DNA of 64,000 nt from an uncultured Chloroflexia bacterium (GTDB taxonomy: Bacteria; Chloroflexota; Limnocylindria; Limnocylindrales; CSP1-4): positions 32,001-96,000 of the forward strand of contig CAWEZH010000003.1 of assembly GCA_963813535.1 (NCBI GenBank). Reading direction: 5' to 3'. This document shows positions 55,666 to 64,000 of this stretch, piece by piece. The notes under the pieces are model-generated. The model was not told the DNA's origin. It saw nothing but the letters and a program-made list of their open reading frames with translations, and searched no databases. Position 1 is the first letter of the stretch, and every line of letters starts with the position of its first letter. Position numbers and translations under genes: made by a program.

Positions 55666-56502
55666 CTACTTGACGATGCCGAAGTCGTCGATCGCGACCA
55701 TCGCGCGACCGCGCGTTCCAAGGACGACGATCCGGACGGTGTGCGTACGCACCGTCGACCAGCGCTTCGAGAACACGGTCGACCGTACGTGGAAGGCCGT
55801 TCGGCGGAGATCCACGGTCCGGACGAGCCGGCCGTCGATGTAGACCTTGGCTCTGCCCCGGGTCGGGCCGGTCGGGCCGAACCACGTCACGCCTCGGCCG
55901 GTGAACCTCAACGTCGCGCTGGCACCCCGACCGGTCGCGTAGCGGACGGTGTCGCCGCGATACCCGGCGTGGCGGGCGATCCGCCAGCGACCGTCATAGT
56001 CGATCGATGTCGAGCGGTCGCCGACGAGCCGCATGCTCGTCGAGCGCTTGGTCGTGCGCTTCTGGTACTTCGTCATGACCCTGCTCACGTACCACTTCGC
56101 CGCGGGTGACCAGCCGGTCCGTGCCGATGATCCGGTCAGCCACCAGTACGCGACGCGACGCCAGCTGCCCAGCCAGCGGTACAGCGAGGTCATCTTTCCG
56201 GACGCGACCCGCTCCTGGTTCCGGGGCGTCGGCCTGGCAGTCGAGCTGCCGAGGTACTGGCGGGCCCAGGCCGGCCAGTTCGACGGCATGATCTGGTACT
56301 TGCCGAACGCACCGGATACCGGGTTCCGGGCGTCGTAGCGACCGCCGGACTCGACGCTCCCGACGGCCGCCTTGAAACGTGCCAGGCCCTTCGGTGCGCG
56401 TGCCGCCGCGACGTCCATCGGTGCTGCGGCGGCGACGAGGACGGTGATCAACGTGGCGGCGACGACGACGCCGGGGCGGCCGCCAAGTCTGGGCACTCGC
56501 AA
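55666..56502 (-). CDS. Secreted lytic transglycosylase/lysozyme-like protein with C-terminal beta-sandwich domain
   Basis: Signal peptide, lysozyme-fold motifs VESGGRY...SGAFGKYQ...NQ, and C-terminal GRAKVYIDG. AGGAAGG RBS with TTG start. Confidence 0.75.
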   Translation of the reverse strand: MRVPRLGGRPGVVVAATLITVLVAAAAPMDVAAARAPKGLARFKAAVGSVESGGRYDARNPVSGAFGKYQIMPSNWPAWARQYLGSSTARPTPRNQERVASGKMTSLYRWLGSWRRVAYWWLTGSSARTGWSPAAKWYVSRVMTKYQKRTTKRSTSMRLVGDRSTSIDYDGRWRIARHAGYRGDTVRYATGRGASATLRFTGRGVTWFGPTGPTRGRAKVYIDGRLVRTVDLRRTAFHVRSTVFSKRWSTVRTHTVRIVVLGTRGRAMVAIDDFGIVK

Positions 56503-56650
56503 TGGACTTCCTTCCTGCCGGTCGATGGGTGAGCACAGCGGTCGGGGCGGCATGGCGAGAGCGGACGCGCTCCCGGGGGTGGGCGCTCCGATCTCGGGAT
56601 CGACCGGACCTTACCCGCGCATCGGGAACGCTCGCTATGGCTCTATCGGG

Positions 56651-57175
56651 TCAGTCACCGATGGCCTGGAGGAAGGCGGCTACCCGGTCGAGCGCATCGT
56701 CGAGGACCGGGGTGACACCGTGGCCGAGTCGCGGGTAGGTGACGAGCTCGGCCGGGCCGCCGATCCGCTTGACCGCGCTGCGGAGCAGGTCGATCTTCGC
56801 GAACGGGTCCGATTCGCCCGACAGGAAGAGCGTCGGGCAGCGAATCGACGCGAAGTGCGAGGTGCGCGCTTCCGTGCGGTCGGGACTGCCGGGCGGATGC
56901 AACGGGAAGGAGAACAGGACCAGCGCTCGGTACGGCGAATCCGGCTCCGCGGCGGCGAGGCTGGCCACCCGGCCACCGTACGAGTGGCCGCCGATCACGA
57001 CATCGGGCCGACTGGGCACGACCTTGTGGAACGCCGGGATCGCGTCTTCGGCCTTGCGTTTCGGCAGATCGATGGCCGTCGCGGCGATCCCGCGCGCCCG
57101 AAGGCCGTCGACGAACGGCTTCATGCTCGCCGACGTGCCGGACGCGCCATGACCGAGATAGACGCTGACCGCCAT
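56651..57175 (-). CDS. Small alpha/beta hydrolase (KANL3/Tex30-like)
   Basis: Motifs GHGA, GGHSYGGR, SFPLHPPG, GESDPF and GH. Confidence 0.88.
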   Translation of the reverse strand: MAVSVYLGHGASGTSASMKPFVDGLRARGIAATAIDLPKRKAEDAIPAFHKVVPSRPDVVIGGHSYGGRVASLAAAEPDSPYRALVLFSFPLHPPGSPDRTEARTSHFASIRCPTLFLSGESDPFAKIDLLRSAVKRIGGPAELVTYPRLGHGVTPVLDDALDRVAAFLQAIGD

Positions 57176-57278
57176 GTCGCCGATAGCGTAGCCATTCCGA
57201 GGTGATGGTCGTGACATGCTAGGTGTCACAGGCGAGGTCGAGACTCCGGTCATCGGAACCACGCCAGGAGTCACCTTG

Positions 57279-57416
57279 ATGACCACCATCGATTGCCCCT
57301 TCTGCTCAGGCGACACGTTCGTCGAGCCCGCGCTCGAGACCATCACGTGCGACGGGTGCGGCGTGACGGTCGAGGTCGCCCCGGACCCGGTCGCCGTGCT
57401 GGACGCCGCCGCCTAG
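57279..57416 (+). CDS. 45-aa zinc-ribbon microprotein
   Basis: AGGAG RBS followed by MTTIDCPFC...TCDGC, two CxxC motifs. Confidence 0.7.
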   Translation: MTTIDCPFCSGDTFVEPALETITCDGCGVTVEVAPDPVAVLDAAA

Positions 57417-58645
57417 CCCGCAGACGGAGCGCTGGGCAAGACGCTCGCACGCCGGAGCGCACCGACGGGCGCGAACGCCAGCGTGAGTCCGATGAGGATC
57501 AGACCCATCACGGCGATCGTCGTCGAGCCGTCGGTGAGGTCGATGAGCGCCCCGCCTGCCAGCATGCCGATCGGCTGGAGCCCCAGCGAGATCGTGCGCG
57601 CCGTGCTCCCGACGCGACCGAGCAATGCGTCGGGGCTCAGGTTGCTCCGCGCCGTGAGGTACGTGACGAGGACCACGCTCTGGGCGATGCCGGCGATCGA
57701 CGCGGCGCCGAGCAGCAGCGGGATCTGCTCCACGCGCGCGACGACGGTCAGCAGGACCCCCGACGTCAGGGTCCCGCCCAGCAGGAAGGGCGCCACCGCG
57801 TGCCGGCTGGCGCGCGCGGTCAGCAAGGCACCGATGACCGTCCCGATGCCGTAGGCGGTGAGCACCAGCCCGAGGACGGTCGCGTCCTGGCCGAGGTCGC
57901 GTGTCACGTGCACGGTCAATGCAGCGACCAGCGGTGCGGTGGTGATCGAGACGAGACCCCAGTACAGGATCATCGGGCGCAGCACCGGGTGGTGCACGAT
58001 GAACTCGATGCCCTCCCGGATGTCGGCGACAAGGCTGCTGGCGGGTCGTTCGATCTGAGCGCGCAGGTCGCGGTGCATGAACGCCAGCGCGAGACTGGAC
58101 AGCGCGAACGAGACGGCATCGATGGCAAGGGTCATGCCCGGTCCGATCGTCGCCGCGAGGAACCCGGCGAAGGCCGGCCCGATGATGTACCCGAACGAAT
58201 AGACGGCCTCGAAGATCGAGTTCGCTCGGGCGAGCTGCGAGCGCCCGACGAGGATCGGGACCGACGCCGTGTAGCCCGCGAGGAAGAACGCGCGGAGGAT
58301 GCTCATCGGGGCCGTGACGACCAGGATCACCGCCATCGTCGGGCCGCCGAGCAGCACCGAGATCGGGATCAGGGCGGTCAGGGCAGCACGGCCGAGGTCG
58401 GCCAGGAACATCATCCGCCGCCGGTCGCTGCGGTCGGCCAGGGCGCCCGCGATCATCCCGAAGAACAGGTCGGGGAGCATCGAGAGCGCTCCGACGATGC
58501 CCATCATCAGGCCCGAGCCGGTGAGCGCCAGGACCAGGAGCGGGAGGGCCGTGAAGCTGACGGCGTCGCCGAGCGCCGAGACGCCCTGCGACGTCAGCAG
58601 CACCCGGAAATCGTGGTTCTTGCTCAGCGGCAGGGGTTCGGGCAC
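57413..58645 (-). CDS. MFS transporter
   Basis: MFS motif A (GALADRSDRRR) and about 12 TM segments. Confidence 0.92.
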   Translation of the reverse strand: MPEPLPLSKNHDFRVLLTSQGVSALGDAVSFTALPLLVLALTGSGLMMGIVGALSMLPDLFFGMIAGALADRSDRRRMMFLADLGRAALTALIPISVLLGGPTMAVILVVTAPMSILRAFFLAGYTASVPILVGRSQLARANSIFEAVYSFGYIIGPAFAGFLAATIGPGMTLAIDAVSFALSSLALAFMHRDLRAQIERPASSLVADIREGIEFIVHHPVLRPMILYWGLVSITTAPLVAALTVHVTRDLGQDATVLGLVLTAYGIGTVIGALLTARASRHAVAPFLLGGTLTSGVLLTVVARVEQIPLLLGAASIAGIAQSVVLVTYLTARSNLSPDALLGRVGSTARTISLGLQPIGMLAGGALIDLTDGSTTIAVMGLILIGLTLAFAPVGALRRASVLPSAPSAG

Positions 58646-58697
58646 CAGCGGATGGTACGAGCGCCGGCATCGTGAACGCGTGCCCTACTCTTTCCCC

Positions 58698-59354
58698 GTG
58701 GACGAGCGACGAGCCATCGACGACATCGTCACCGCAGGTCGCCGACTGGGCGCCCGAGGCCTGATCTCCGCCAGCGAGGGGAACCTGTCCGTCCGTCTCG
58801 ACGATGAGCGATTGGCGATCACGCCGCGGGGCTGGCGCAAGGACGAGCTGACCGCGGCCGACGTGCGGATCGTGCCGATCCGAGCCTCGGAGGAACCGCC
58901 CTCGGGATCACCGGAGCCAGATGCGTCGACCGACATCGCCATCCATCGGGCCGCGCTGACCGCCCGGCCCGACGCGGCCGCCGTCGCGCACGCACACCTC
59001 CCCGCGGCGATGGCGCTCACGCTGGGTGGCGAGATCCCCGACCCGGCGGCCCTTCCGGAGACGGCGCTGTTCATCCCCCGACTGCCGTTCATCCCGTTCG
59101 GGGTACCCGGGAGCGACGAGCTGGCGGCGCGGATCGCCACGGCACTGACGGAGGCTCCCGAGCCACTCGCGAACGCGCTCCTCCTCGATCGTCACGGAGC
59201 GGTTGCGATCGGGCCGGACCTGACCACGGCCGTCGACCGGCTGGAGCTCGTCGAGGTGCTGTGCCGGACATGGCGTGACAGCCTCCTCATCAGGGCGGCC
59301 CGACGCTCCCTCGGGGAGTACCGCGACCCATCCGAGGCTGGACCGAACCGGTAG
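58698..59354 (+). CDS. Class II aldolase/adducin family protein
   Basis: Motifs EGNLSVR, ITP, H...HAH and HG. Confidence 0.88.
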   Translation: MDERRAIDDIVTAGRRLGARGLISASEGNLSVRLDDERLAITPRGWRKDELTAADVRIVPIRASEEPPSGSPEPDASTDIAIHRAALTARPDAAAVAHAHLPAAMALTLGGEIPDPAALPETALFIPRLPFIPFGVPGSDELAARIATALTEAPEPLANALLLDRHGAVAIGPDLTTAVDRLELVEVLCRTWRDSLLIRAARRSLGEYRDPSEAGPNR

Positions 59355-59410
59355 CATCGAGGAGCCCAAGCCCGTCGCGGTGACGCGGCGGCACCCACCC
59401 AGGAGGGATC

Positions 59411-60085
59411 ATGGACACCCGCAAGTACCTGGCCGAACTGGTCGGCACGTTCCTGTTCCTGACGATCGGTTACCTGTCGTTCCCGGCTTCCGCGGCCACC
59501 GACATCCCCCCGTATCTCGCGGTCCCGTTCGCGTTCGGCCTGGGCCTGCTGGCCGCGATCTTCGCGGTCGGTCACATCTCGGGCGGCCATTTCAACCCGG
59601 CCGTCACGGTCGCGGCCGTCCTCGACCGGAGGACCGAGACGACCGATGCCATCGGCTACATCCTTGCCCAGGTCATCGGGGCCATCGGCGCGGCCGCCGT
59701 GGTGTTCGTGGTGTCCGGTCAGGATGCGGTGGCGGCCGGCGTCACCAAGCCGGGTGGCGGTGTCACCGACATCGGAGCGCTGATCCTCGAGATCGTCCTG
59801 ACCGCGGGCTTCGTCCTCGTGATCCTCGTCTCGACCAAGCGGGCAGCCGGGCTCGCCCCGTTGGCCATCCCGCTGACGCTGGTCGCGATCCATTTCGCGG
59901 CGGCGACCCTGTCTGGCGCGTCGGTCAATCCGGCACGATCCATCGGGTCGGCGCTGCTCGGCGGCGACCTCACCGGACTCTGGATCTACGTGATCGGACC
60001 GGTCGTGGGGGCGATCGGCGGGTGGGCACTCTTCCGCCTCATGGACGAGGAAGAGGTCGTGGTCGAGGAAGTCGCGGCAACCTAG
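59411..60085 (+). CDS. Aquaporin (MIP family)
   Basis: SGGHFNPAVT and VNPARS. Confidence 0.93.
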   Translation: MDTRKYLAELVGTFLFLTIGYLSFPASAATDIPPYLAVPFAFGLGLLAAIFAVGHISGGHFNPAVTVAAVLDRRTETTDAIGYILAQVIGAIGAAAVVFVVSGQDAVAAGVTKPGGGVTDIGALILEIVLTAGFVLVILVSTKRAAGLAPLAIPLTLVAIHFAAATLSGASVNPARSIGSALLGGDLTGLWIYVIGPVVGAIGGWALFRLMDEEEVVVEEVAAT

Positions 60086-60091
60086 CCGCAG

Positions 60092-60427
60092 GTGCGGACG
60101 CTCTACCTCCACACCGTCGGGCGAAGGTCAGGCACGGCGCGGCGAACACCGCTGTACTTCGTGGATGACGGCGAGGACCTCGCCGTCATCACCTCGAACG
60201 CGGGACGCGACCACCAACCGGCCTGGTGGCTGAACCTCCAGGCCGCGCCCGACGCGGAGGTCGAGCTCGGGAAGGAACGACGGCACGTGTCCGCCCGCCG
60301 CGCGACGCCCGCGGAGTTCGAGCGCCTGTGGCCGCGCTTCGTCGCCGGGCTGCGCAACTACGAGGCCTACCGCCGGAAGACCGACCGGGAGCTCGTCATC
60401 GTGATGCTGTCGCCGCGAGCGGGCTGA
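60092..60427 (+). CDS. Deazaflavin (F420)-dependent nitroreductase family protein
   Basis: TVGRRSG..R.TPL, SNAG...PAWWLNL and Y..YRRKTDR. Short N-terminus. Confidence 0.85.
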   Translation: MRTLYLHTVGRRSGTARRTPLYFVDDGEDLAVITSNAGRDHQPAWWLNLQAAPDAEVELGKERRHVSARRATPAEFERLWPRFVAGLRNYEAYRRKTDRELVIVMLSPRAG

Positions 60428-60431
60428 AGCC

Positions 60432-60968
60432 CTAGTCGATCTCTCGAAGGCTGAACTGCTGGGCATTGCCCATCTGGGCCCAGATCCGGGTCTGGGTCAC
60501 GGCGAGCATCTGGCGCACGTGGTTGCGGTCGTGGTGGACCCACTCCCCGAGCAGCTCGTCGACCCGCAGCTCGCCGACCTCGGGATGGGAGCCGCTCCGC
60601 GACAGGTCGTCGGGGCCCAGGCCACGCACCAGCGCGATCCCATCCTCGCGCAGGGCGATGAACTCGGCGATGAGCTCGTCGACCGGCCGGAGGTGGTCAC
60701 GGCGCGCCTCGGCGACGGCCGGCGGGTCCCACGCCGCGAGCCGTGGCGGTGCACCAGGCGCGGCGGCGAGGATCGTCCGGATCCGACCGCCGAACCCGCG
60801 TTGGTCGGCCTCGATCAGGTGCCCGACGCACTCGCTCCCGCTCCATTCGCCGGCAGCGGGGCGCCAGCCGGCGTCCGGCCCGAGACCACGCAGCTCCTCG
60901 GCGACGGTGACCGCGGTCGCAGCAAGCAGATCCGCGATCGTCGACGGCGTGAGCGGCGAGTCGCTCAA
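60432..60968 (-). CDS. DinB/DUF664 family protein
   Basis: WSGSECVGHL and HDRNH. AGGAGG RBS with TTG start. Confidence 0.85.
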   Translation of the reverse strand: MSDSPLTPSTIADLLAATAVTVAEELRGLGPDAGWRPAAGEWSGSECVGHLIEADQRGFGGRIRTILAAAPGAPPRLAAWDPPAVAEARRDHLRPVDELIAEFIALREDGIALVRGLGPDDLSRSGSHPEVGELRVDELLGEWVHHDRNHVRQMLAVTQTRIWAQMGNAQQFSLREID

Positions 60969-62917
60969 GATCCCCTCCTGCCCCGCATGCGGTATCCGAC
61001 CATCATCAGGATGAGCCCGCCGATCGCGGCAAGCGTACCGGCCAGACCCAGCGTGACCGTTCCAGCTGAGTAGCGCATCGGGCTGCCCGCAGCCTGGGAC
61101 GGCGATGGCGACGCGACGGCGGTCGAACCCGGTCCGGGCGAGGCGATCGACGGACTCGGCGTCGCGGACGTCCCGACCGGCACGAGGTCGAGGTACGCCT
61201 GGACGCCGCTCGTGAACAGGCTCACGCCCCCGTCGCGCGGCTGGGTGGTCCAGCCCTCGAAACGGTCGGTGCGATGGGCGTGCAGCTCGTCGTCGTAGAA
61301 CAGGACGAGGTATGGCGCGTCGTCGTACGCGAGGTCCTGCATCTGCCCGACGATCGACCGGCGCCCGTCGACGGTGGCCGCGCGTCGCTGTGCCTCGAAC
61401 AGCCGGTCGTACGCCGGGTTCGAATAGTTGCTGTCGCTCCACCCGCCGATCTCCGACGTCGTCAGCAGCGAGAGCAGGAAATCCGGGTCGGGTGAACCGG
61501 TCCATCCCCATAGCTCGACGTCGTACTCGGCGGTGCCGCCCGCTTCGGGCACGTACAGCTGCTCGGCGAGCGTCTCGGGGTCGAGGCCCTTGGCCGTGAC
61601 CCCGATCCCCACGCGCTCCCAGTCGGCGGCGACGGCTACGGCCGAGGCCGCGTACTTCCGATCCGAGGTGGGATAGAAGAGCCGCAGCTCGATCGGACGC
61701 CCATCGAGATCCTCGCGAACGCCATCGCCATCCGTGTCGCGGTAGCCGGCGGCTTCGAGCCTCTCGCGCGCTTCGGGGGGGTCGAAGCGACGCGGACTCG
61801 ACGGTTCGGCGTGGAACTGGACGACACCCGGTGGGACCGTCGTCGAACCCGGTGTCGCGTGGCCGGCGACGGCGGCGTCGATGATCTCGTCGAGGTCGAG
61901 CGCATACCCCAGAGCGTCACGGAACGTCGGGTCCCGAACCGCCGCAGTCGAGGCGCCGCCGCCATCGATCTCCTTGTCATACACGTTGAACGCCAGGTGT
62001 GTGTAGCCCGACGCGAGTCCCTCGACAGCGACGATGGCGGCCTCCTCGTCGAGCGGCTCGACGTCGGCGGCGGCGATGTCCCGCGCGTAGTCGATCTCGC
62101 CACGTCGGAGGGCGGCGGCCATCGCCGACTGGTCCGGGTAGAACCGGAACTCGACCTCCTCGATATACGGCCGTTTGCCCCAGTACTGCGGGTTCCGCAG
62201 GAAACGCGCCGATGTGCCGCGCTGCCATTCGACCGCCTGGAACGGTCCGCTGCCGACGACCGGTGGTGCCGCCTGGAAGTCGGTCGCGGCGCGGGCGAAC
62301 GGCACGGTCGACCAGACATGCGCCGGCAGGATCGGCACCAGGGCGCCGAGCAGCAGCGTCGTCGGCTCGACCGTGGTCAGCCTGACCGTGCGATCGTCGA
62401 CGAGCTCGACCGATCGCAGGCCGACAGCGTCGACCAGCACGTCGCCGTACAGCGAGAGCGGGTGGTCCGGCAGGCGGTCGCCGCGTGTCGCGCCCGCGCG
62501 CGGCAGGTCGTTCCCCTCGGGCGCCCATGGCCCGATATAGGCCGGATCCATGCTCGCGAGGATGTACTGGAACGTGAAGGCCACGTCGTTGGCATCGGCG
62601 AGACCGCCGTCCGACCAGCGCATCCCGTCGCGGATGGTGAACGTCCACGTCGTGCCGTCCTGCGACCAGCTCTCGGCGAAGCCGGTCGGTGCGTACTCGA
62701 GCTCCGGACCGAGGCCCACCAGGACGTCGTAGTCGAGGTTGGTCGCCTCAGCCGACGAGCCGATGAACGCGAGGTTCGGATTGAGCGAGTCGAACTCCTC
62801 GGTGGTCCCGACCCGCAGGATGCGGTCCGCATCGGCCGCCCCGACCCTCGCGGGCGCGGTCGCGACCATCGCGCCGAACCAGACGAGCACCAGGATCCTG
62901 ACCGCACGGCGAGGCAT
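60965..62917 (-). CDS. Peptide/nickel ABC transporter substrate-binding protein with C-terminal anchor
   Basis: WTFTIRDGMRWSDG, DVAFT, VGSGPF, RNPQYW and a C-terminal TM. Confidence 0.9.
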   Translation of the reverse strand: MPRRAVRILVLVWFGAMVATAPARVGAADADRILRVGTTEEFDSLNPNLAFIGSSAEATNLDYDVLVGLGPELEYAPTGFAESWSQDGTTWTFTIRDGMRWSDGGLADANDVAFTFQYILASMDPAYIGPWAPEGNDLPRAGATRGDRLPDHPLSLYGDVLVDAVGLRSVELVDDRTVRLTTVEPTTLLLGALVPILPAHVWSTVPFARAATDFQAAPPVVGSGPFQAVEWQRGTSARFLRNPQYWGKRPYIEEVEFRFYPDQSAMAAALRRGEIDYARDIAAADVEPLDEEAAIVAVEGLASGYTHLAFNVYDKEIDGGGASTAAVRDPTFRDALGYALDLDEIIDAAVAGHATPGSTTVPPGVVQFHAEPSSPRRFDPPEARERLEAAGYRDTDGDGVREDLDGRPIELRLFYPTSDRKYAASAVAVAADWERVGIGVTAKGLDPETLAEQLYVPEAGGTAEYDVELWGWTGSPDPDFLLSLLTTSEIGGWSDSNYSNPAYDRLFEAQRRAATVDGRRSIVGQMQDLAYDDAPYLVLFYDDELHAHRTDRFEGWTTQPRDGGVSLFTSGVQAYLDLVPVGTSATPSPSIASPGPGSTAVASPSPSQAAGSPMRYSAGTVTLGLAGTLAAIGGLILMMVGYRMRGRRGS

Positions 62918-62984
62918 GGTCGGCGAGTATGCCCCGGGTCCGTGACTCAGGCCGTCGATCCCGTGCCGGCCGCCTTCGTCCCGC

Positions 62985-64000
62985 TCACGTCGATGGCGCC
63001 GCATCCACGACCGGCAATGCCCGGCCACCCTCGGCAACGGCGGGCTCGGCGAGCCAGCATGCCGATGCGTGTCCGTCGCCCAGGTCGAACAGCGGTGGCG
63101 ACTCGATCCGGCAGCGGTCGAATGCCTTCGGGCAGCGCGGGTGGAACCGGCAGCCCGTCGGGATGTGCACCGCGTCGGGCGTCTCGCCCTTCAGGATCGT
63201 CCGGCCGGACCGCTCGCCCTTCTGGGGAGGTTCCGGCGACGGCGATACCGAGACCAGGGCCTCGGTGTACGGGTTCCGCGGGTCCCTGATGACGTGCTCG
63301 GCCGTGCCGATCTCCATGATCCGGCCGAGGTACATGACCGCGATGCGGTCGGCGATCACCCACGCGAGCGACAGGTCGTGGGTGATGAACAGGTAGGTCA
63401 GGCCGCGCTCGCGTCGAAGGTCGAGCATGAGCCGCAGGAGCTCGGTCCGGATCGACACGTCGAGCATCGACACCGGCTCGTCCGCGACGATCACCTCCGG
63501 GTCCATGACCAGCGCTCCGGCGATCACCACCCGCTGCCGCTGGCCGCCGGACAGTTCGTGGGGGAAGCGGGATGCGTATTCGGCCGCCGGCCGGAGTCCG
63601 GCGGCGTCGAGCGCGGCGAGCACCGTCGCCCGGCGCTCCGAGGCCGATCCGATGCCGTTCACCTTCAGCGGCTCTGCCACGAAGTCGAAGATCGTCTGCT
63701 TGGGATCGAGCGTCTCGTACGGATCCTGGAAGATGACCTGGACCCGGCGGCGGTAGTCGCGCAGCTCCCGCCCCGACCATAGGCCACTGACGTCCCGACC
63801 CTCGAACGTGATCGTCCCGGCTGTTTGCCGGGTCAGCTTCACGATGACTCGCCCGATCGTGGTCTTGCCGCTGCCCGACTCGCCGACCAGCGCGAGCACC
63901 TCACCACGGCGGAGGGTCAGGTCGACGCCGTCCACCGCTCGCACGGCCGCGGCCGGCTGACGCGTGAGCGTATCGAACAGGCCACCGCCGATCGGGAAGT
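62985..64000 (-). CDS. Oligopeptide ABC transporter ATP-binding protein (OppF-like; 5' end outside the window)
   Basis: GESGSGKT, LSGGQRQR, DEPVSMLD and GCRFHPRC. The frame stays open to the window edge. Confidence 0.92.
   Translation of the reverse strand, partial: FPIGGGLFDTLTRQPAAAVRAVDGVDLTLRRGEVLALVGESGSGKTTIGRVIVKLTRQTAGTITFEGRDVSGLWSGRELRDYRRRVQVIFQDPYETLDPKQTIFDFVAEPLKVNGIGSASERRATVLAALDAAGLRPAAEYASRFPHELSGGQRQRVVIAGALVMDPEVIVADEPVSMLDVSIRTELLRLMLDLRRERGLTYLFITHDLSLAWVIADRIAVMYLGRIMEIGTAEHVIRDPRNPYTEALVSVSPSPEPPQKGERSGRTILKGETPDAVHIPTGCRFHPRCPKAFDRCRIESPPLFDLGDGHASACWLAEPAVAEGGRALPVVDAAPST

Noticed and set aside
1-64000. tRNA, rRNA, IS elements, integrase or prophage genes
   Set aside because: None recognised by eye. 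Composition is uniform and gene content is chromosomal, but tRNAscan-SE and ISEScan would be needed to exclude them formally.

Overview
This is a high-GC, gene-dense bacterial chromosome segment. It is most consistent with Chloroflexota or Actinomycetota, inferred from an AGAAC-N4-GTTCT LexA-type box, F420-family enzymes and many apparently leaderless genes. I found no rRNA, tRNA, CRISPR array, transposase or integrase. Recognisable content includes an L-arabinose/beta-L-arabinofuranoside operon (ABC transporter, araA, GH127, araD), two MocR/GabR regulators, and an ECF42-type sigma/YciI unit whose two divergent promoters flank a 72-bp tandem repeat. Also present are DNA-repair genes (YcaQ/AlkZ-like, SPL-like radical SAM, HhH-GPD), a GcvT-like/FAD oxidoreductase/TetR module, a NEW3-ABC system, PAC2, an HTH-WYL regulator, a HipA-like kinase/DUF3037 pair, a DEAD-box helicase, a GreA fusion, a 6xGAF-4xPAS kinase with two receivers, and assorted transporters and enzymes. 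Three genes carry single-base frameshifts that are probably sequencing errors. The most interesting signals are small elements the ORF track misses or mis-starts. (1) Both MocR genes are divergently paired with homologous 42-48 aa membrane micropeptides sharing ALxxGxDSRxGIxDxxxRP. (2) The WYL gene and a convergent 58-aa micro-ORF share a palindromic operator in near-identical promoter geometry, next to a candidate ~230-nt structured RNA with ACCGA repeats. (3) A GIY-YIG-like domain is fused to GreA. (4) C-rich-loop hairpins recur in the leaders of secreted-protein genes.
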